A DNA stretch of 64,000 nucleotides from an uncultured Planctomycetales bacterium (GTDB lineage Bacteria; Omnitrophota; Gorgyraeia; Zapsychrales; JAHFFX01): positions 83,659 to 147,658 of the forward strand of contig CAZTCI010000002.1 in the NCBI GenBank assembly GCA_964612665.1, read 5' to 3'. Numbering within the stretch: position 1 is the stretch's first letter; each line of letters starts with the position of its first letter. Under the pieces are notes generated by a model. The model searched no databases. It saw nothing but the letters and a program-made list of their open reading frames with translations, and had not been told where the DNA came from. The translations under genes were made by a program, and so were the position numbers. Positions 59,655 through 64,000 of this stretch are shown here, in pieces.

Positions 59655-60665
59655 ATGAAGAAATATAACGTCGCTGTACTTGGGGTAGGTGCTGTTGGGG
59701 AAGAAATGCTGCGCGTTTTGCATCAGCGTCAATTTCCAGTCAACGAACTCAAAGTCTTTGCCCGGACGCCACGCACAATTGAACTGGATGGTCATCGTTA
59801 TAAAGTTGAAACGCTCAACGCCGATTCATTTAAAGGAGTGGACATCGCGCTTTTTGCCGGGACAGAAGGTGATAAAGGCGCGGCGGTGACTTATGCGGCG
59901 GATGCGATTGCCGCCGGTTGCGTTGTGATTGACAATGGCGCTGATTTTCGTTTGCGTGACGATGTCCCGCTCGTTGTTCCAGAAGCCAATGGCGCCGATG
60001 TTAAAAAACACAAAGGCATCATCGCGAATCCGAATTGCTCGACGATCCAAATGGTCGTGGCGCTCGCGCCGATTCACAAAAAATTTGGTTTAAAACGTAT
60101 TATCATTTCAACTTATCAAGCTGTTTCCGGTAGCGGCCGCGGCGGCATTGTTCAGGCCGAAGCCGAGTACCGCGCCTGGGCGAAAGGTAACGGGGAGACC
60201 GTTTCATTTCATATGGATCAATCGGTTGCCTTTAATATTTTTCCGCATATCGGCAGTTTCAACAACGATGGTTCAACCAGTGAAGAAATGAAACTCGTCA
60301 ACGAAACGCACAAAATCCTTCACGATAAAAAAATAAAAATTACCGCCACAACCGTGCGCGTTCCAGTCCGCACCGGTCATTCAGAAGCGGTTTATATTGA
60401 AACGAAAAATCCTATCGATGCTAACAAAGTTAAAGCTCTTCTGAGTCAATCGCCAGGAATTAAAGTTATCGATGATCCTAAAAATAAACTCTATCCCATG
60501 CCTAAAGATTGCGAAGGCACGGATGATGTTTTTGTCGGACGAATCCGCCGCGATCCGGCGGTCAAAAACGGTCTGTGGCTCTGGATCGTCGCCGATAACT
60601 TACGCAAAGGCGCCGCGTTGAATGCGGTGCAGATTGCGGAAGAGTTGATTCGTTTCAAGAAATAA
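59655..60665 (+). CDS. asd: aspartate-semialdehyde dehydrogenase
   Basis: NPNCSTIQ active-site Cys, SGSGRGG. Confidence 0.9.
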   Translation: MKKYNVAVLGVGAVGEEMLRVLHQRQFPVNELKVFARTPRTIELDGHRYKVETLNADSFKGVDIALFAGTEGDKGAAVTYAADAIAAGCVVIDNGADFRLRDDVPLVVPEANGADVKKHKGIIANPNCSTIQMVVALAPIHKKFGLKRIIISTYQAVSGSGRGGIVQAEAEYRAWAKGNGETVSFHMDQSVAFNIFPHIGSFNNDGSTSEEMKLVNETHKILHDKKIKITATTVRVPVRTGHSEAVYIETKNPIDANKVKALLSQSPGIKVIDDPKNKLYPMPKDCEGTDDVFVGRIRRDPAVKNGLWLWIVADNLRKGAALNAVQIAEELIRFKK

Positions 60666-60686
60666 CCATCAGGCTAAACAGCGTAG

Positions 60687-60726
60687 GGCCTAGAGCTAAA
60701 ATTTTACTATGCTCTAGGCCTTTCTT
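60687..60726 (+). terminator. rho-independent terminator after asd
   Basis: GGCCTAGAGC-loop-GCTCTAGGCC + tttctt. Confidence 0.6.
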
Positions 60727-61491
60727 ATGTCAAATATCCGTAATATAAAACTCCTAATTGAATACGACGGTACTAACTTTCACGGCTGGCAGATTCAGGA
60801 TTCGAGTAAGCGCACCGTTCAAGGCGAAATTCGCAAAGCTCTTCAGAAAATTTTTAAAGAAAAAATTATTCTCTACGGTTCCGGGCGGACCGATAGCGGG
60901 GTTCATGCGTTAGGGCAGGTTGCTAATTTTAAAACCTCATCACCTATGCCGGCTCAACAGATGGTGAAGGCTTTAAACGCAAATTTACCCGAGGACATCG
61001 CAATCGTCGAAGCCCAAGACGTTCCTTTAAAATTTCACGCGCAGTTTAGTGTGCGTTCCAAGATTTACCGCTACACCATTTTGAACCGTGTGGCGCGTTC
61101 GCCGGTCGAACGAAATTTTTCATATCATTATCCGTATAAAATTAATTTGACGCATTTGCGGCAAGCTGCCAAAGATTTGATTGGAAAAAAAAATTTTAAA
61201 TCCTTTCAATCAACGGCCAGACGTTCGCAAGATGAATCCGGAAAACGCGGCACTGTGCGGACAGTTAAAAAGATTCAGATTCGAAAAACGGGCGATTGGA
61301 TTTATATCGACATCGAAGCCGACGGTTTTTTATATAAAATGGTCAGAAGTATCGTCGGAACATTGCTTGAAATCGGCTCAGGCCTGCGGCCGGTAAACAG
61401 TATTAACGAAATTTTAAAAGAAAAGAAGCGTCAGGCTTCCGGCGTTACCGCGCCCGCCCGTGGATTATGTTTGTTCAAAGTAAATTATTGA
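60727..61491 (+). CDS. truA: tRNA pseudouridine(38-40) synthase
   Basis: YDGTNFHGWQIQ...GRTDSGVHA motifs. Confidence 0.85.
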   Translation: MSNIRNIKLLIEYDGTNFHGWQIQDSSKRTVQGEIRKALQKIFKEKIILYGSGRTDSGVHALGQVANFKTSSPMPAQQMVKALNANLPEDIAIVEAQDVPLKFHAQFSVRSKIYRYTILNRVARSPVERNFSYHYPYKINLTHLRQAAKDLIGKKNFKSFQSTARRSQDESGKRGTVRTVKKIQIRKTGDWIYIDIEADGFLYKMVRSIVGTLLEIGSGLRPVNSINEILKEKKRQASGVTAPARGLCLFKVNY

Positions 61492-61516
61492 CAAGTCCGA
61501 ATGAAATGATATACTT
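61488..61516 (+). promoter_or_regulatory. sigma70-like promoter for rplM-rpsI (TTGACA ~16-17 nt TATACT)
   Basis: ttgacaagtccgaatgaaatgatatact, ~55 nt upstream of rplM. Confidence 0.4.
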
Positions 61517-61572
61517 TGCAGGCATTTCTTAAAAAGAACTAATTTTATCAATTTCTTGACGAGAGTTTAATC

Positions 61573-62004
61573 ATGCAAAAAACCTACATGGCCAAAAAAG
61601 CAGAGATTACCCCCAATTGTTATCTCCTGGATGCCAACAACAAAATCCTTGGCCGAATAGCCACCAAAGCTGCCGCTATTTTACGCGGTAAACACAAACG
61701 TATCTTCACGCCACATGTCGATTGCGGCGACACCGTTATTATCATCAATGCCGAAAAAGTCAGAGTCACCGGCAAAAAATTAACCGACAAAGAATATCAA
61801 AAATATTCCGGTTATCCGGGCGGCCGAAAAGTTATTAGTCTTGAACAACTTCTTGCCAAACGGCCGACGGAAGTTTTAAAACTTGCCATAACCCGCATGA
61901 TTCCCAAAGGACCTTTGGGCAATCATGTTAAAGGAAAATTAAAAATTTATGCGGGCGACAAACACCCGCACCAAGCGCAAAAGCCGATTCCACTGGCTTT
62001 ATAA
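61573..62004 (+). CDS. rplM: 50S ribosomal protein L13
   Basis: Typical L13 N-terminus (WYLLDA..LGR.A..A..L.GKHK). Confidence 0.9.
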   Translation: MQKTYMAKKAEITPNCYLLDANNKILGRIATKAAAILRGKHKRIFTPHVDCGDTVIIINAEKVRVTGKKLTDKEYQKYSGYPGGRKVISLEQLLAKRPTEVLKLAITRMIPKGPLGNHVKGKLKIYAGDKHPHQAQKPIPLAL

Positions 62005-62036
62005 TCATTATCGCAGATCCTGGGAGGATAAGATTC

Positions 62037-62432
62037 ATGGTAGATGCTGTTAAATATGGTGCTACTGGCCGACGAAAGACATCGGTCGCTCGGGTTAATC
62101 TTTTTCCCGGTAACGGAAAAATTGAAGTGAATAAAAGAGCGTTTGAGAACTATTTTCCCCGGGAAACGGACCGAATTATTATTTTAGAACCTCTTAAGAT
62201 GACTAATATGATTCATAAATTTGATGTTAACGCCAGGGTAACCGGCGGTGGTTTGACCGGACAAGCTGGCGCCATTCGGTTAGGATTAGCCCGGGCGATT
62301 TCCCTATGTGACCCGGAAAGCAAAACAATATTAAAGAAAGCCAACTTTTTAAGCCGCGATCCCAGAGAAAAAGAACGTAAAAAGCCGGGACAAAAGGGAG
62401 CGCGTAAGAAGTTTCAATGGGTTAAACGTTAA
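62037..62432 (+). CDS. rpsI: 30S ribosomal protein S9
   Basis: C-terminal ...RKKPGQKGARKKFQWVKR. Confidence 0.9.
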   Translation: MVDAVKYGATGRRKTSVARVNLFPGNGKIEVNKRAFENYFPRETDRIIILEPLKMTNMIHKFDVNARVTGGGLTGQAGAIRLGLARAISLCDPESKTILKKANFLSRDPREKERKKPGQKGARKKFQWVKR

Positions 62433-62475
62433 GGACATTCAAACGCAGTTAAATTAAAAATAAGTAGTTTAGAAA

Positions 62476-62520
62476 ACCTATCTCCCTTATCAAAGCAGTT
62501 GACGAGATAGGTTTTTTATT
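62476..62520 (+). terminator. rho-independent terminator after rpsI
   Basis: AACCTATCTC-loop-GAGATAGGTT + ttttttatttt. Confidence 0.6.
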
Positions 62521-62582
62521 TTATGATAGGGCCTTCAATCTCCTCGGAAAATTGAAAAACAGGCCCCGAAAAAGGGAATTTA

Positions 62583-63602
62583 ATGATTCGAGCTGGCATT
62601 ATAGGTGTGAGCGGTTATTCGGGCGGTTTGGTTTTAGAACTTCTGCTCAAACACAATCAAGTTCGGGTGAATTATATCAGCGCCCACACCACCCAAGGGC
62701 CAATTGCGGACATCTGGCCGCGATTACGAAACACAACTCATCTTCAGTGTGAAAAAGTCAATCTCAAAAAAGCCATCAGTAACTGTGATGTTGTTTTTTT
62801 GGCTGTTCCTCACACACAATCCATCCAAATTACACCCCAACTCCTTAAAGCTAAAAAGCGCGTCATTGATTTAAGCGCTGACTATCGGCTTAAAGATCCC
62901 AAAGACTATGAAAAGTGGTACGATATAAAACACAAAGACGCTGGCAATCTTAAGAAAGCGGTCTATGGTTTACCTGAACTTTATCGGGAAGCAATCAAAA
63001 AGACTTCTTTGCTCTCTAACCCAGGATGTTATCCGACGGCCGCAATTCTTGCGCTGGCGCCTTTGGTCAGCACGCGCGCTAAAAACATTCAATCCATTAT
63101 TATTGACGCCAAATCCGGCGTTTCTGGTTCGGGACGAAAAGTTACCACAAATCTTATGTTCTCTGAAGTCGATGAGAATTTTAAAGCGTATAAAGTTTTA
63201 AATCATCAGCACACGCCGGAAATCAATTTATATCTATCACGGTTGTCGGGTAAGAAGGAAGCTGTTACGTTTATCACTCATTTACTTCCCATTAATCGTG
63301 GCATCTTAGAAACAATTTATGTTCAGCTGAAAGGCACGACTTCTTTAAAGACTATCGCAGAGATTTATCAGAAATTTTATAAGACCGAGCCTTTTGCCCG
63401 GATTTTACCATCGGGGATTCAGCCTGAAGTAAAATCGGTGGTTGGCACAAACTATTGTGATATTGGCCTGGCGCTGGATCAAACCAAAAATCTGCTTATT
63501 ATCACCAGCGTCATTGATAATTTAATGAAAGGCGCCTCCGGTCAGGCGGTGCAGAATATGAACATCATGTTTGGTTTTAAAGAAGATGAGGGGCTGATAT
63601 GA
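62583..63602 (+). CDS. argC: N-acetyl-gamma-glutamyl-phosphate reductase
   Basis: GVSGYSGG N-terminus, catalytic Cys (NPGCYPTA). Confidence 0.9.
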   Translation: MIRAGIIGVSGYSGGLVLELLLKHNQVRVNYISAHTTQGPIADIWPRLRNTTHLQCEKVNLKKAISNCDVVFLAVPHTQSIQITPQLLKAKKRVIDLSADYRLKDPKDYEKWYDIKHKDAGNLKKAVYGLPELYREAIKKTSLLSNPGCYPTAAILALAPLVSTRAKNIQSIIIDAKSGVSGSGRKVTTNLMFSEVDENFKAYKVLNHQHTPEINLYLSRLSGKKEAVTFITHLLPINRGILETIYVQLKGTTSLKTIAEIYQKFYKTEPFARILPSGIQPEVKSVVGTNYCDIGLALDQTKNLLIITSVIDNLMKGASGQAVQNMNIMFGFKEDEGLI

Positions 63603-64000
63603 AAGTTCTTAACGGCGGAGTTACCAAAGCTTCGGGCTTTAAAGCAAACGGATTAGCTTGCGGCATAAAAAAATCTGGGAAATTAGATTTGGCGCTCATT
63701 GCCTGCGATCAAGCAGCAGTCTCGGCGAGTGTTTTTACAAAAAATTCAATCAAGGCGGCGCCGATTGTTGTGACGCAATCCAAGATGCGTTACAAGCTCG
63801 CGCAGGCAATTATCGTCAACAGCGGGAATGCCAATTGCTTTACTGGAAATTTTGGTATCTTATACGCCCAGAAATCAACGGAGCTTGTCGCTCAATTGAT
63901 GAATATTGATTCTAATCATGTGTTGGTAGCTTCAACCGGCATTATTGGAAAACCGCTTGCATTTAATAAAATTGAAAGCGCCGCGCCGGAATTGGTGAAA
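63599..64000 (+). CDS. argJ: glutamate N-acetyltransferase/ornithine acetyltransferase ArgJ, 3'-partial
   Basis: MKVLNGGVTKASGFKANGLACGIKKSGKLDLALI...; ATGA overlap with argC stop; runs off the window. Confidence 0.8.
   Translation, partial: MKVLNGGVTKASGFKANGLACGIKKSGKLDLALIACDQAAVSASVFTKNSIKAAPIVVTQSKMRYKLAQAIIVNSGNANCFTGNFGILYAQKSTELVAQLMNIDSNHVLVASTGIIGKPLAFNKIESAAPELVK

Noticed and set aside
1-64000. CRISPR array, cas genes, integrase/recombinase, transposase or tRNA attachment site
   Set aside because: No short regularly spaced direct repeats, no recombinase or transposase motifs in any listed ORF, and no tRNA-like cloverleaf sequence recognised by eye. The prophage ends are therefore not defined within the window.

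Overview
The window has three parts. (1) Positions ~1-27330 are a lambda-like siphovirus prophage, with structural and lysis genes all on the + strand in lambda gene order: a ParB-nuclease/DNA-methylase fusion, TerS, GpA-type TerL, a gpW-like protein, lambda-family portal, S49 prohead protease/scaffold, decoration protein, major capsid, neck proteins, tail tube, G/GT chaperone pair with an A_AAA_AAC -1 frameshift site, tape measure, M, L, NlpC/P60 K-like, I/J tail tip, fibre, and a holin/spanin lysis cassette. No integrase, att site or endolysin is visible in the window. A ~4.5 kb cargo block sits between TerL and gpW/portal. It encodes a zinc-ribbon protein and three consecutive Sec-signal-peptide proteins, one with a LamG domain and one a ~960-aa beta-repeat protein carrying an internal 282-bp duplication. 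(2) Host loci follow: a Zn/Mn uptake cluster (promoter, His-rich peptide, OM beta-barrel, ZnuA, ZnuB) and kdpD-kdpE-kdpF-kdpA-kdpB-kdpC. Directly after kdpC lies an AT-rich island with an operon of a C5 cytosine DNA methyltransferase overlapping a 557-aa GHKL/MORC-like ATPase. This island also carries a convergent XRE-HTH regulator with a perfect 14-bp palindromic operator, a divergent 56-aa ORF and a ParB-HTH-like small protein. I rate this island as the best candidate for an undescribed restriction/defence-type system. Next come cell-surface genes (TupA-like ATP-grasp, acyltransferase-3), an OMP fragment pseudogene, an rRNA methyltransferase, a response regulator and a DdpX-L,D-transpeptidase fusion. 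(3) The right end is a housekeeping block: bcp, PHP phosphatase, folE-folM-folB-folK, fabG-acpP-fabF, leuB-like, an AT-rich orphan ORF, asd, truA, rplM-rpsI, argC and partial argJ. The organism is low-GC and is not identified. All calls rest on motif recognition in the translated ORFs and on reading the DNA; no database searches were run.
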